A stretch of 14,053 nucleotides of DNA from an uncultured Pseudomonadota bacterium (GCA_964454175.1 CAYVSA010000052.1:1-14053), one strand, 5' to 3'; positions 1 to 8,429 are shown, counted from the stretch's first letter. A program made the numbers and translations. The notes: a model not told the origin generated them from the letters alone.

Positions 1-16
1 CACAACTCAATCACTG

Positions 17-45
17 TTGACATCACAGCACCGTCTGGTTAACCT
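17..45 (+). promoter_or_regulatory. sigma70-type promoter for tRNA-Sec
   Basis: TTGACA (17-22), 17-bp spacer, TAACCT (40-45), ending 6 nt before the tRNA 5' end. Confidence 0.7.
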
Positions 46-51
46 CGGATT

Positions 52-149
52 GGAAGTGCGTAGGGCACTGGTGGCCCTCCTGGACTTCAAATCCAGTGAT
101 TCTGGCTAAAACCCGGAATGGTGGGTTCGATTCCCATGCACTTCCGCCA
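52..149 (+). tRNA. selC: tRNA-Sec (anticodon UCA)
   Basis: 8-bp acceptor stem GGAAGTGC (52-59)/GCACTTCC (138-145), discriminator G146, encoded CCA 147-149. D arm AGGGC/GCCCT. Anticodon stem CTGGA/TCCAG with loop CT-TCA-AA (TCA at 87-89). Long variable arm ATTCTGG/CCGGAAT. 5-bp T stem GTGGG-TTCGATT-CCCAT. This is the bacterial 8/5 fold. Confidence 0.96.
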
Positions 150-191
150 ACTATCAATTACAGTGGGTTCCGGCTCATTTTTGGCCAGAGA

Positions 192-302
192 TCCAATGTT
201 CAACGTCCAAGGTCTAATGCTCTCTTTAATCCCCCCTCCCTGGCCCGTTGCCCCTGGCCTATAGCCCATAACCCATTTCTAATTTTCAATGTTCTATCCA
301 AC
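192..302 (-). repeat. Composite heptamer-repeat element, copy 1 (inverted relative to 3301-3397)
   Basis: Units tccaatg ttcaacg tccaagg tctaatg, then core ctctctttaatccc, then units tccctgg cccgttg cccctgg cctatag cccataa cccattt, then ctaattttcaatgttctatccaac. Exact reverse-complement matches: 218-233 with 3356-3371, 276-285 with 3318-3327, 288-302 with 3301-3315. Confidence 0.9.
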
Positions 303-363
303 CTCGATACCGGAAACTACAATCATACATCGGACCCCACCTTTTTTACTCCCCACCATTTCA

Positions 364-449
364 CCTGTCGTGTTAAAATTACAAGTTTCGGTCGCGATGT
401 CACAGGACAAGGGCCATTATTTACAACAACCTGAAATTTAAACGACAGG
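364..449. repeat. Imperfect inverted repeat upstream of uvrA (arms 364-387 and 428-449)
   Basis: CCTGTCGTGTTAAAATTACAAGTT compared with the reverse complement of the right arm, CCTGTCGTTTAAATTTCAGGTT; 40-nt spacer. Confidence 0.7.
371..379 (+). promoter_or_regulatory. Possible extended -10 promoter for uvrA
   Basis: TG-t-TAAAAT about 85 bp upstream of the uvrA ATG; no convincing -35. Confidence 0.4.
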
Positions 450-464
450 GGCGGAATTCTCAGA

Positions 465-3287
465 ATGTCAAAAGACAGCATCATCATAAAGGGCGCCAGG
501 GAGCACAACCTGAAAAACGTTGGTATCGAGATCCCCAGGGATTCCCTCGTTGTGATAACGGGCGTGTCCGGATCAGGCAAATCCTCACTGGCCTTCGACA
601 CTCTTTACGCCGAGGGACAGCGAAGGTACGTTGAATCCCTTTCCGCCTACGCGAGACAGTTTCTTGAGCAGATGGACAAGCCCGATGTTGATTCCATCGA
701 GGGGCTCTCACCGGCTATTTCCATCGAACAGAAGACGGTGAGCAAGAACCCGAGATCGACGGTAGGTACCGTAACAGAGATATACGATTACCTTCGTCTG
801 CTCTTTGCCCGCATCGGTATCCCCTACTGTTATTCCTGCGGGGAGAAGATCCACGCCCAATCCTCTCAGCAGGTCATCGACAGCCTAATGGGCACTGAAT
901 CCGGGACCAGAATGACTATCCTTGCCCCGGTGGTCAGGGGCCGGAAGGGTGAGCACAGACAGGACCTGGATAAATTCAGCCGGATGGGTTTTCTCAGGGC
1001 ACGAGTGGACGGCGACATCAGGAGCCTGGAAGATGACATAGACCTTGACCGAAAGAAAAAGCACGACATCGAGCTGGTTGTCGACCGGCTCGTCATGAAG
1101 GAAGAGATCAGAAACCGGCTTGCGGATTCGGTGGAGATGGCCCTCAGCATGGGGGACGGGGTCCTCATAGCCCTTCTTCCGGAGGGCAAGGAGGTCATCT
1201 TCTCGGAAAAGCTCGCATGCGTAACCTGCGGTATAAGCTACCCGGAAATATCACCCCGTTTCTTTTCCTTTAACAACCCGACAGGCGCGTGCCCAGAGTG
1301 CAGCGGCCTCGGGTCAACCAGCGTGATCGATCCTGAGCTGCTTGTGCCTGATCCTTCCCTTTCCATCAGGCAGGGTGCACTGGCCCCGTGGCGAAGAAGG
1401 GACAGCGTATTTTACCACCAGCTCATGGACTCCCTTTCCAGGCACCTGGACTTTGACCTGGACACACCCTTCGGAGATCTGCCCGAGGTGGCACGCCGCG
1501 TTCTCCTCTACGGGTCCGGTTCCGAAAAGATCAGCTTCAAGTATGAAACTCAAAACTGGAAGGGGCATTCGAAAAAACCCTTCGAAGGGCTCATTCCAAA
1601 CCTCAGGCGCCGCTATATGGAGACCGGTTCCGATACCGTCCGCGAGGAGATCGAGGCCTTCATGGGAAACAGGGTCTGTGATTCCTGCGGAGGCGCCCGC
1701 CTGCGTCCAGAAAGCCTGCACGTAAAAGTCGGGAAAAAGAACATTAATGAAGTTACCCGGCTGTCCATAGCCCAGGCCTCTGAGTTCTTCGGGGACCTGA
1801 AGCTGGCCAAACGCGACAGGGAAGTCGGGAAGCGGGTTCTCAAGGAGATCAGGGAACGGATAAGCTTCCTTGCCGATGTAGGCCTTGGGTACCTGACGCT
1901 GGATCGCTCATCAGGAACACTCTCGGGTGGCGAGGGGCAGAGGATACGGCTGGCAACCCAGATAGGATCGAGCCTTGTTGGTGTAATGTACATCCTGGAT
2001 GAACCCAGCATTGGACTGCATCCAAGGGATAACAAGCGGCTTCTCAGCACCCTGATGCAACTGAGGGACATGGGCAACACCGTGATCGTAGTGGAACATG
2101 ACGAGGAGACGATCAGGACCGCCGATTTCGTTATCGACATGGGTCCCGGGGCTGGGGTCGGGGGCGGACATATTGTGGCATCGGGAAGACCTGAAGCGGT
2201 CATGGCAAGCAATGATTCCCTGACCGGCCGGTACCTGTCGGGGAAGCTGAAGATAGACACTCCGGATGAACGGCGAGAGGCGGGACCGGCAGGATTCATC
2301 AAAGTTGTGGGGGCCAGAGCGAACAACCTGAGAAATATCGATGTTGAATTCCCACTGGGACTCTTCACCTGCATTACTGGTGTCTCGGGCTCCGGGAAGT
2401 CAACCCTCATGGTGGATACCCTTTTCAAAGCCCTGGCCAGGAAACGTTCAACCCTCTCAGAAAGACCAGGAGAACACGATAACATCGCGGGAGATCACCT
2501 GATCGACAACGTTGTCGACATAAACCAGTCCCCCATTGGAAGGACACCCAGATCCAACCCGGCAACTTACACTGGCGCCTTCACCCCAATAAGGGAACTC
2601 TTTTCCCAGGTTCCTGAATCAAGGATGAGAGGCTACAAACCAGGCAGGTTCAGCTTCAACGTCAAGGGAGGGAGGTGTGAAGCCTGCCAGGGGGACGGGG
2701 TCAAAAAGATCGAGATGCACTTTTTGCCAGACGTTCACGTGAGATGCGAGGTGTGCAACGGCAAGAGGTTCAACAAGGAAACCATGGAGATCACCTATAA
2801 AGGTGTCAGCATAGCTGAAGTGCTGGGCATGACCGTCAATCAGGCGTCAAAGCTGTTTGAGAGCGTCCCGGCGGTTGCTCGGCGGCTGCGGACCCTGCAG
2901 GATGTCGGTATGGGATACATCCGCCTTGGTCAACCGGCCACAACCCTTTCAGGGGGTGAAGCCCAGAGGGTGAAGCTTTCGAAAGAACTTTCCAAAAGAG
3001 ACACGGGAAGAACACTTTACATTCTTGACGAGCCGACAACCGGCCTGCACTTCGACGATATCGTGAAGCTCCTGTCGGTCCTGAACAACCTCGTATCCAG
3101 GGGCAATACGGTCCTGGTGATCGAACACAACATGGAAGTGATCAAATCTGCGGACCACATAATTGACCTGGGTCCGGAGGGAGGCGACGGGGGCGGTGAG
3201 ATCATCGCGACGGGGACTCCCGAAGAATTGGCGTCCATGAAACAGTCTTTTACGGGTCGATTTCTCAGGAAAGTGCTTAAGAACTAG
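465..3287 (+). CDS. uvrA: Excinuclease ABC subunit A (UvrA), 940 aa
   Basis: N-terminus [14 protein letters not shown], two Walker A motifs ([18 protein letters not shown]), [19 protein letters not shown], two LSGGE signatures, CxxC zinc-finger pairs, [15 protein letters not shown]. Confidence 0.99.
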   Translation: MSKDSIIIKGAREHNLKNVGIEIPRDSLVVITGVSGSGKSSLAFDTLYAEGQRRYVESLSAYARQFLEQMDKPDVDSIEGLSPAISIEQKTVSKNPRSTVGTVTEIYDYLRLLFARIGIPYCYSCGEKIHAQSSQQVIDSLMGTESGTRMTILAPVVRGRKGEHRQDLDKFSRMGFLRARVDGDIRSLEDDIDLDRKKKHDIELVVDRLVMKEEIRNRLADSVEMALSMGDGVLIALLPEGKEVIFSEKLACVTCGISYPEISPRFFSFNNPTGACPECSGLGSTSVIDPELLVPDPSLSIRQGALAPWRRRDSVFYHQLMDSLSRHLDFDLDTPFGDLPEVARRVLLYGSGSEKISFKYETQNWKGHSKKPFEGLIPNLRRRYMETGSDTVREEIEAFMGNRVCDSCGGARLRPESLHVKVGKKNINEVTRLSIAQASEFFGDLKLAKRDREVGKRVLKEIRERISFLADVGLGYLTLDRSSGTLSGGEGQRIRLATQIGSSLVGVMYILDEPSIGLHPRDNKRLLSTLMQLRDMGNTVIVVEHDEETIRTADFVIDMGPGAGVGGGHIVASGRPEAVMASNDSLTGRYLSGKLKIDTPDERREAGPAGFIKVVGARANNLRNIDVEFPLGLFTCITGVSGSGKSTLMVDTLFKALARKRSTLSERPGEHDNIAGDHLIDNVVDINQSPIGRTPRSNPATYTGAFTPIRELFSQVPESRMRGYKPGRFSFNVKGGRCEACQGDGVKKIEMHFLPDVHVRCEVCNGKRFNKETMEITYKGVSIAEVLGMTVNQASKLFESVPAVARRLRTLQDVGMGYIRLGQPATTLSGGEAQRVKLSKELSKRDTGRTLYILDEPTTGLHFDDIVKLLSVLNNLVSRGNTVLVIEHNMEVIKSADHIIDLGPEGGDGGGEIIATGTPEELASMKQSFTGRFLRKVLKN

Positions 3288-3300
3288 TTCCTGGTTCCAA

Positions 3301-3397
3301 GTTGGATAGAACATTATAAATTAGAAACTGGCGATAGGCGATAGGCAATGGGGGAGGGATTAAAGAGAGCAGTAGACATTGGACATTGGACATTGGA
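3301..3397 (+). repeat. Composite heptamer-repeat element, copy 2
   Basis: gttggatagaacatt...aaattagaaa, GCGATAG-type units, core gggattaaagagagca, then (CATTGGA)x3 at 3377-3397. Reverse complement of 192-302, 14 nt shorter. Confidence 0.9.
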
Positions 3398-3415
3398 CAT
3401 ATTTAAAACCATCCC

Positions 3416-3444
3416 TTGACACATCGCCTGCCGAACAATTAAAT
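3416..3444 (+). promoter_or_regulatory. Possible sigma70 promoter for the ABC ATPase-hemW genes
   Basis: Perfect TTGACA at 3416-3421, but only a weak -10 (TTAAAT, 3439-3444) at 17-bp spacing. Confidence 0.35.
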
Positions 3445-4441
3445 GACCACCATGACTGCAGCGCTCCTCGAGGTGAAAAACCTCGTCACCCATTTCTACA
3501 TTGAGGGGAAGACCCTCCACGCCGTGGACGGAGTTTCCTTTTCACTGGCCAGGGGCGAGATCCTGGGGCTGGTGGGGGAGTCCGGGTGCGGCAAGAGTGT
3601 TACGGCCCTGAGCCTCCTGCGGCTTGTATCCAGCCCCGGCAAGGTGGTTTCCGGCGAGGTGATCTTCGAGGGTAAGGACCTCCTTGCCATGTCCGAAGAG
3701 GAGATAAGGGGTATCAGGGGAAACAGGATCTCCATGGTGTTCCAGGAGCCCATGAGCGCCCTGAACCCGGTCTTCACGGTTGGGGACCAGGTGTCGGAGG
3801 TCCTCAGGCTCCACAGGGGGATGGATCGAACAGAGGCCATGGGATCTGCGGCATGGCTCCTGGAAAGGGTCGGTATACCCGATCCCGAAAGGAGGCTGGC
3901 AGACTATCCTCATCAGATGTCAGGGGGGATGCTGCAGCGCGTCCTCATTGCCATGGCCATGGCCTGTGAACCCCAGGTGCTGATAGCGGACGAGCCCACC
4001 ACGGCCCTGGATGTGACCGTTCAGGCCCAGATCCTGAAGCTCATCGAGGAGCTTATAAGAGAAGGCGACAGGGGGGCCGTTCTTATCACCCACGATCTGG
4101 GGGTCGTGGCCCAGGTAGCCGATCGGGTCTGCGTAATGTATGCGGGGGTAATTGTTGAGATTGGTACGGTCAATGACCTCTTCGAAGACCCACAGCACCC
4201 TTACACCCTCGGTCTTATCAGTTCACTGCCGACTCCGGGAAAAAAGCGCTTCGAGGCCATCGCCGGGAATGTGCCAGACCTTACCGACCTTCCGGTAGGG
4301 TGCCGTTTTAACCCCAGGTGCCCCAGGGCCCAGCAGGTCTGCGCTGAAATCGAGCCGGACCTTACAGGCAGCCAGACAGGGCAGCTGGTGCGGTGCCACT
4401 TCCCCGGGAGTGAGAACCGGGAGAAGGTGAGGGCGATCTGA
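3443..4441 (+). CDS. Oligopeptide/dipeptide ABC transporter ATP-binding protein (DppD/OppD-like); start may be ATG 3452
   Basis: Walker A GESGCGKS, ISMVFQEPMSALNP, YPHQMSGGMLQR, Walker B LIADEPTTALD, ITHD, HPYT, and a C-terminal Cys domain (GCRFNPRCP...C...RCH). Confidence 0.95.
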   Translation: MTTMTAALLEVKNLVTHFYIEGKTLHAVDGVSFSLARGEILGLVGESGCGKSVTALSLLRLVSSPGKVVSGEVIFEGKDLLAMSEEEIRGIRGNRISMVFQEPMSALNPVFTVGDQVSEVLRLHRGMDRTEAMGSAAWLLERVGIPDPERRLADYPHQMSGGMLQRVLIAMAMACEPQVLIADEPTTALDVTVQAQILKLIEELIREGDRGAVLITHDLGVVAQVADRVCVMYAGVIVEIGTVNDLFEDPQHPYTLGLISSLPTPGKKRFEAIAGNVPDLTDLPVGCRFNPRCPRAQQVCAEIEPDLTGSQTGQLVRCHFPGSENREKVRAI

Positions 4442-5400
4442 ATACGAAGCTTCTCCGGGTTGAGAATATCTCAAAAACCTTTCCCGTCAAGGGAGGAGCC
4501 CTTGGTAAAGTTGTCGGAGGGGTTCGCGCGGTGGACAACGTTACCTTCCAGATCAGGACCGGGGAGGTTTTCGGCCTGGTGGGAGAGTCGGGCTGCGGCA
4601 AGACAACTCTCGGGAGGATCATACTCCGGCTGATGGAACCTTCCACAGGGAAGATCGTCTTCGATGGCGTCGACCTGACAGGACTGAACCGGAAAGAGCT
4701 GAGGCCCTTCAGGCACAGGATGCAGATAATCTTTCAGGATCCCTTCGGCTCGTTGAATCCCAGAAAAACTATCGGGGCCATTGTTGGTGAGCCGCTGCGT
4801 ATTTCAGGTGAGAACAGCGGCAAGGTCAGGGAGAAGGTTGCTCAGATGCTTCAGATAGTAGGTCTCCCGCCGGACAGCATCGGCCGCTATCCTCATGAAT
4901 TCTCGGGTGGGCAGAGGCAGCGGTTGGGGATTGCCAGGGCGCTTGCCCTGCGCCCGGATTTTCTGATGGCCGACGAACCGGTATCCGCCCTGGACGTGTC
5001 GATCCAGGCTCAGATCCTTAACCTTCTCATGTCCCTGAAGGAACAATTCAATCTGACCATGCTGTTCATATCCCACGACCTCAGGGTGGTCAGAAGCCTT
5101 TGTGACAGGGTAGGCGTCATGTACCTGGGAAGGATCGTGGAAGAAGGCCCTGCCGAAGAGCTTTATACAAGCCCGGTCCACCCATACACTGAGGCACTGG
5201 TCAAGGCCATACCCGAGCCCGAGCCGTCCCTTCGTGAAAAGGATGACGCACCTGTCGGAGAGGTGCCCAGTCCGATAGACCCGCCGCCTGGGTGCCACTT
5301 CCACCCCCGCTGTCCTGTAAGGATCGGAAAATGCTCCGTTGATATCCCGGAGCTGACGCCAAGGGGCGAGCGCAGACTGGCTGCCTGCCACGTTCGGTAA
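4438..5400 (+). CDS. Oligopeptide/dipeptide ABC transporter ATP-binding protein (DppF/OppF-like); probable CTG start at 4438
   Basis: GESGCGKT, QIIFQDPFGSLNPR, YPHEFSGGQRQR, ADEPVSALDVSIQAQ, HPYT, GCHFHPRCP. The frame stays open upstream of the track's GTG 4531 and encodes the family N-terminus LLRVENISKTFPVKGG...VRAVDNVTF. Confidence 0.93.
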   Translation: MNTKLLRVENISKTFPVKGGALGKVVGGVRAVDNVTFQIRTGEVFGLVGESGCGKTTLGRIILRLMEPSTGKIVFDGVDLTGLNRKELRPFRHRMQIIFQDPFGSLNPRKTIGAIVGEPLRISGENSGKVREKVAQMLQIVGLPPDSIGRYPHEFSGGQRQRLGIARALALRPDFLMADEPVSALDVSIQAQILNLLMSLKEQFNLTMLFISHDLRVVRSLCDRVGVMYLGRIVEEGPAEELYTSPVHPYTEALVKAIPEPEPSLREKDDAPVGEVPSPIDPPPGCHFHPRCPVRIGKCSVDIPELTPRGERRLAACHVR

Positions 5401-5406
5401 CAGAGA

Positions 5407-6516
5407 ATGGGCCTCCTTTATCCCTTTTTCTCCCTGTATGTGCACATCCCGTTCTGCGATAACCTTTGTGATTTCTGCCACTTTTACAGGGTCCCGCCCA
5501 GAGACCGGGATCTTTTCTTCAGCGCTCTCTGCCGGGAAGTTCGTTACATGGCAGACAGGGCTCCGGGTCCCGTCCGAAGTCTTTACGTCGGTGGAGGGAC
5601 GCCGGCACAGCTCCCTTGTGACCTCTACAGGGACCTTTTCGTTGTCCTGGATGAAGAGTTTTCCATGGGATCGCTCCTCGAGAGTACCGTGGAGGCAGTT
5701 CCTGACACCGATCCTGCAGAGCTGGAGGCCCTTGCCGCGGCGGGTTTTTCAAGGATCAGCGTCGGTATAAAATCCTTCGACGACAGATCCCTTGCCGCAC
5801 TGGGGGCCAAAAAGACCGGTGTGCCTCCCGTCGGCACTGTTGCGGCGGCACGCAGTGCAGGTTTCCAGTCGGTTGGGGTGGATCTTGTCTACGCCTTTGC
5901 CGGCCAGAGGATGGACTCATTCATGAAGGATCTCGAGACGGTCATGGCCATGGAGCCAGATCACATATCTCTATACTCACTTGTTGCAGAGGAAATTGGT
6001 GATCCCCTGGAGGCCGATCAGGACACAGCCGCCGTGATGTTCACAGAATCCCGGAGGCTGCTTCTTGCCGAAGGATACCTGCAGTATGAGATCTGCAACT
6101 TTGCAATGCAGGGACATGAGTCGATCCACAATATCAATTACTGGTGCGACGGCGATTTTATAGGATTGGGTCCCGGCGCCCACAGTTCGATCACTACGAA
6201 GGGAACCCGGTTGAGATGGCATAACCAGCCGGATCTTTCTTCCTACCTTGCGGACCCTTCGGGTACTTATGAAGAACTTTCCCTGGAAGGTCCTGAGCTG
6301 AGGGCGGCCGAGGCCCTTGTGCTGGCCCTGAGGAGGTCCGAGGGTGTGAACATCGATTCATTTCTCATCAGGTACGGAGCCGACCCGAGACAGCTGGTAG
6401 GGGAAGCCCTTGGAGACTTTGTTGAACTGGGACTGGTCCGCATATCACAAAACAGGATAAGGCTGACGCCAAGAGGTATGCTGTTGTCTAATGAGGTGTT
6501 TGGGGCGATTGTTTAA
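5407..6516 (+). CDS. hemW: Radical SAM family heme chaperone HemW (HemN-like)
   Basis: SLYVHIPFCDNLCDFC (CxxxCxxC), GGGTP, YEICNF, HemW-type HNINYW motif, GLGPGAHS, C-terminal LTPRGMLLSN. Short N-terminus; conserved position upstream of hrcA. Confidence 0.85.
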   Translation: MGLLYPFFSLYVHIPFCDNLCDFCHFYRVPPRDRDLFFSALCREVRYMADRAPGPVRSLYVGGGTPAQLPCDLYRDLFVVLDEEFSMGSLLESTVEAVPDTDPAELEALAAAGFSRISVGIKSFDDRSLAALGAKKTGVPPVGTVAAARSAGFQSVGVDLVYAFAGQRMDSFMKDLETVMAMEPDHISLYSLVAEEIGDPLEADQDTAAVMFTESRRLLLAEGYLQYEICNFAMQGHESIHNINYWCDGDFIGLGPGAHSSITTKGTRLRWHNQPDLSSYLADPSGTYEELSLEGPELRAAEALVLALRRSEGVNIDSFLIRYGADPRQLVGEALGDFVELGLVRISQNRIRLTPRGMLLSNEVFGAIV

Positions 6517-6542
6517 GAAATTTCCAGGTAGCTGATTTAGAG

Positions 6543-6613
6543 CATTGGAAAATGGAAAATGGAAAATGGAGATTGGAGTATTCTATATTAGATGTTGGAC
6601 ATTGGACGTTGGA
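6543..6613 (+). repeat. Degenerate heptamer tandem array
   Basis: cattgga aaatgga aaatgga aaatgga gattgga, an 8-nt spacer, then tattaga tgttgga cattgga cgttgga. Confidence 0.88.
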
Positions 6614-6699
6614 CTGTATTAAACACCTTGATGCAATACAAAAGATGGTTAACTTTCTGGGAGCGGAACGGGGTCGATACAGAAACGAATCAACCTCAA

Positions 6700-6728
6700 T
6701 TGACACCATTACATCTCCGTGTTAAGGG
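6700..6728 (+). promoter_or_regulatory. Possible sigma70 promoter for hrcA
   Basis: TTGACA at 6700-6705 with TG-t-TAAGGG (imperfect -10, 6723-6728) directly upstream of CIRCE. A second candidate is TTGATG (6628)-16-TAACTT (6650). Confidence 0.45.
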
Positions 6729-6731
6729 TTT

Positions 6732-6758
6732 TTTGCACTACACAACCTGGAGTGCCAG
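6732..6758 (+). promoter_or_regulatory. CIRCE element (HrcA operator)
   Basis: TTTGCACTA-N9-GAGTGCCAG versus consensus TTAGCACTC-N9-GAGTGCTAA, 9 bp upstream of the hrcA ATG. Confidence 0.88.
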
Positions 6759-6767
6759 GGAGCGCAT

Positions 6768-7814
6768 ATGTCCATTCTCCGAAAAAGCAGGCGGCATCGG
6801 GCCGTCATGCTGGCAATTCTTCACCACTACATAGAATCCGCCGAGCCGGTTGGTTCAAAGAACCTGGTGAAGCGGTACAATCTGGACCTGAGCCCTGCAA
6901 CTGTGAGAGGCGTCATGGCTGATCTGGAGGAATCCGGATATCTCATGCAGCCTCACACCTCGGCAGGACGGGTTCCAACGGAGTCTGCTTACAGGTACTA
7001 TGTTGACGAGATCCTCATGGCCAGGGCTCTTTCAACACTCCACGTCGACAGAGTTAAAACAGAGCTGGCAGAGTACCAGGGCAGCGTGGGGGAGTTGGCA
7101 CGGAAGGCATCCAGAGTCCTTTCAGATTTTTCCAGCTATACAGGTATTGTGCTGGCGCCTCAGCGGCTCAAGAGCACATTCAAGAGGGTAAGCTTCATCA
7201 GGATCAAAAGCAGGGTAGTGCTGGTCGTGCTGGTTTCATTATCGGGAATAACCGAGAACAGGCTCGTCAATGTCGATCAGGACTATTCACAGGATGCCCT
7301 GGACAAGATGTCGCGATATCTGAACGACCGTTACAGGGGGTTCAGTCTCCTTCAGATGCGAAAGCGGATAGCTGAAGACATGAGGAAGGACAAGGAGAAT
7401 TACGATCTGCTCATGAATGCGGCCTTTGAACTGGGGAAAAAAGCTCTGGACTCCGATGAAGATCAGGATATCTATGTTGAGGGTAGTTCCAACATACTTG
7501 ATTTCCCGGAGTTTACGATGAACATTGAACACATGCGGCAGCTGTTCAAGACTTTTGAGGAGAAAAGTAATCTGGTTGCGCTCCTTGACGAGGCCATGAA
7601 TGCTGAGGGCCTGTCAGTCTTCATAGGGTCCGAGATCGGTATCGCCGGTATCCATGAGGTTAGTCTTGTCACCTCCACCTATGGCGACGGGGTGTCGACC
7701 CTGGGGACCGTTGGGATCATCGGTCCCTCAAGGATGAATTACTCGGCTGTCATACCCCTGGTACAGACAACTGCATCATCTCTGAGCGAAAACCTCACAA
7801 AGGAAGAACTGTAA
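6768..7814 (+). CDS. hrcA: Heat-inducible transcription repressor HrcA
   Basis: YIESAEPVGSK, LSPATVR..MADLEE.GYL.QPHTSAGRVPT..YRYYVD, C-terminal GTVGIIGPSRMNY; GGGAG RBS. Confidence 0.98.
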   Translation: MSILRKSRRHRAVMLAILHHYIESAEPVGSKNLVKRYNLDLSPATVRGVMADLEESGYLMQPHTSAGRVPTESAYRYYVDEILMARALSTLHVDRVKTELAEYQGSVGELARKASRVLSDFSSYTGIVLAPQRLKSTFKRVSFIRIKSRVVLVVLVSLSGITENRLVNVDQDYSQDALDKMSRYLNDRYRGFSLLQMRKRIAEDMRKDKENYDLLMNAAFELGKKALDSDEDQDIYVEGSSNILDFPEFTMNIEHMRQLFKTFEEKSNLVALLDEAMNAEGLSVFIGSEIGIAGIHEVSLVTSTYGDGVSTLGTVGIIGPSRMNYSAVIPLVQTTASSLSENLTKEEL

Positions 7815-7826
7815 AGGAGGACGATT

Positions 7827-8429
7827 TTGGGTCAGAGCAAGAGAAACACGCCCCGGGACACAGCAGGAGAAAACGGCTCGATCTCAGGGGACGATAGAGA
7901 GGAAATGCCTGAAGAGACTGCAGGGTCCCCGGAGGAGATTACCTTACCTCTTTCAGAGTACATGGAACTGCAAGCCAGAGTGGAAGAGCTCAGGGACGGG
8001 ATGCTCCGGGCGGCTGCCGATTACGACAACTTCAGGAAGAGGATGGAAAAAGAGCGAGAGAATATAGTCTGCTTTGCCAACGAGCAGCTGATCGCCGAAC
8101 TCCTCCCAATAATGGACAACCTGGAAAGAGCACTGGAAAGCAGTCATACCCAGACCGAAGTCGAAAGTATTCTCGATGGTGTGAGGATGATATCCGGACA
8201 CCTGAAGGGAGTCCTCTCCCAGTGCGGGCTTGAGACGATCGAGTCGGTCGGCAGGCCCTTCGACCCCAACGTTCACGAAGCTGTTGGAGTCATAGAGGCG
8301 AAAGACCACGATGAGGGTTCAGTGGTTGGAGAGCTCCAGAAGGGATATAAATTCAAGGGGAAAGTCGTCAGGCCATCCAAAGTTCAGGTGTCCGGCGGAC
8401 CGTCTGCAGAAAATGGAGAAGAGGAGTAA
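7827..8429 (+). CDS. grpE: Nucleotide exchange factor GrpE (TTG start)
   Basis: LRAAADYDNFRKR, LLPIMDNLERAL, FDPNVHEAV, QKGY...VVRPSKVQVS; AAGGAGG RBS 6 nt before the TTG. Confidence 0.98.
   Translation: MGQSKRNTPRDTAGENGSISGDDREEMPEETAGSPEEITLPLSEYMELQARVEELRDGMLRAAADYDNFRKRMEKERENIVCFANEQLIAELLPIMDNLERALESSHTQTEVESILDGVRMISGHLKGVLSQCGLETIESVGRPFDPNVHEAVGVIEAKDHDEGSVVGELQKGYKFKGKVVRPSKVQVSGGPSAENGEEE

Noticed and set aside
14-28. CTGT...ACAG resembling an E. coli LexA box
   Set aside because: The spacer is 7 rather than 8, and it overlaps the tRNA promoter rather than the uvrA promoter.
87-434. ORFs 87..269 (-) and 96..434 (+)
   Set aside because: They overlap the tRNA and the repeat element. 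The SNVQxP peptide shared with ORFs 3314..3520 and 6488..6709 is simply translation of the heptamer arrays.
150-464. Genomic island integrated at selC
   Set aside because: No integrase and no duplicated tRNA 3' end in the window; the downstream genes are core genes.
3301-6613. CRISPR interpretation of the repeats
   Set aside because: The units are 7-nt tandem repeats without unique spacers, and there are no cas genes.
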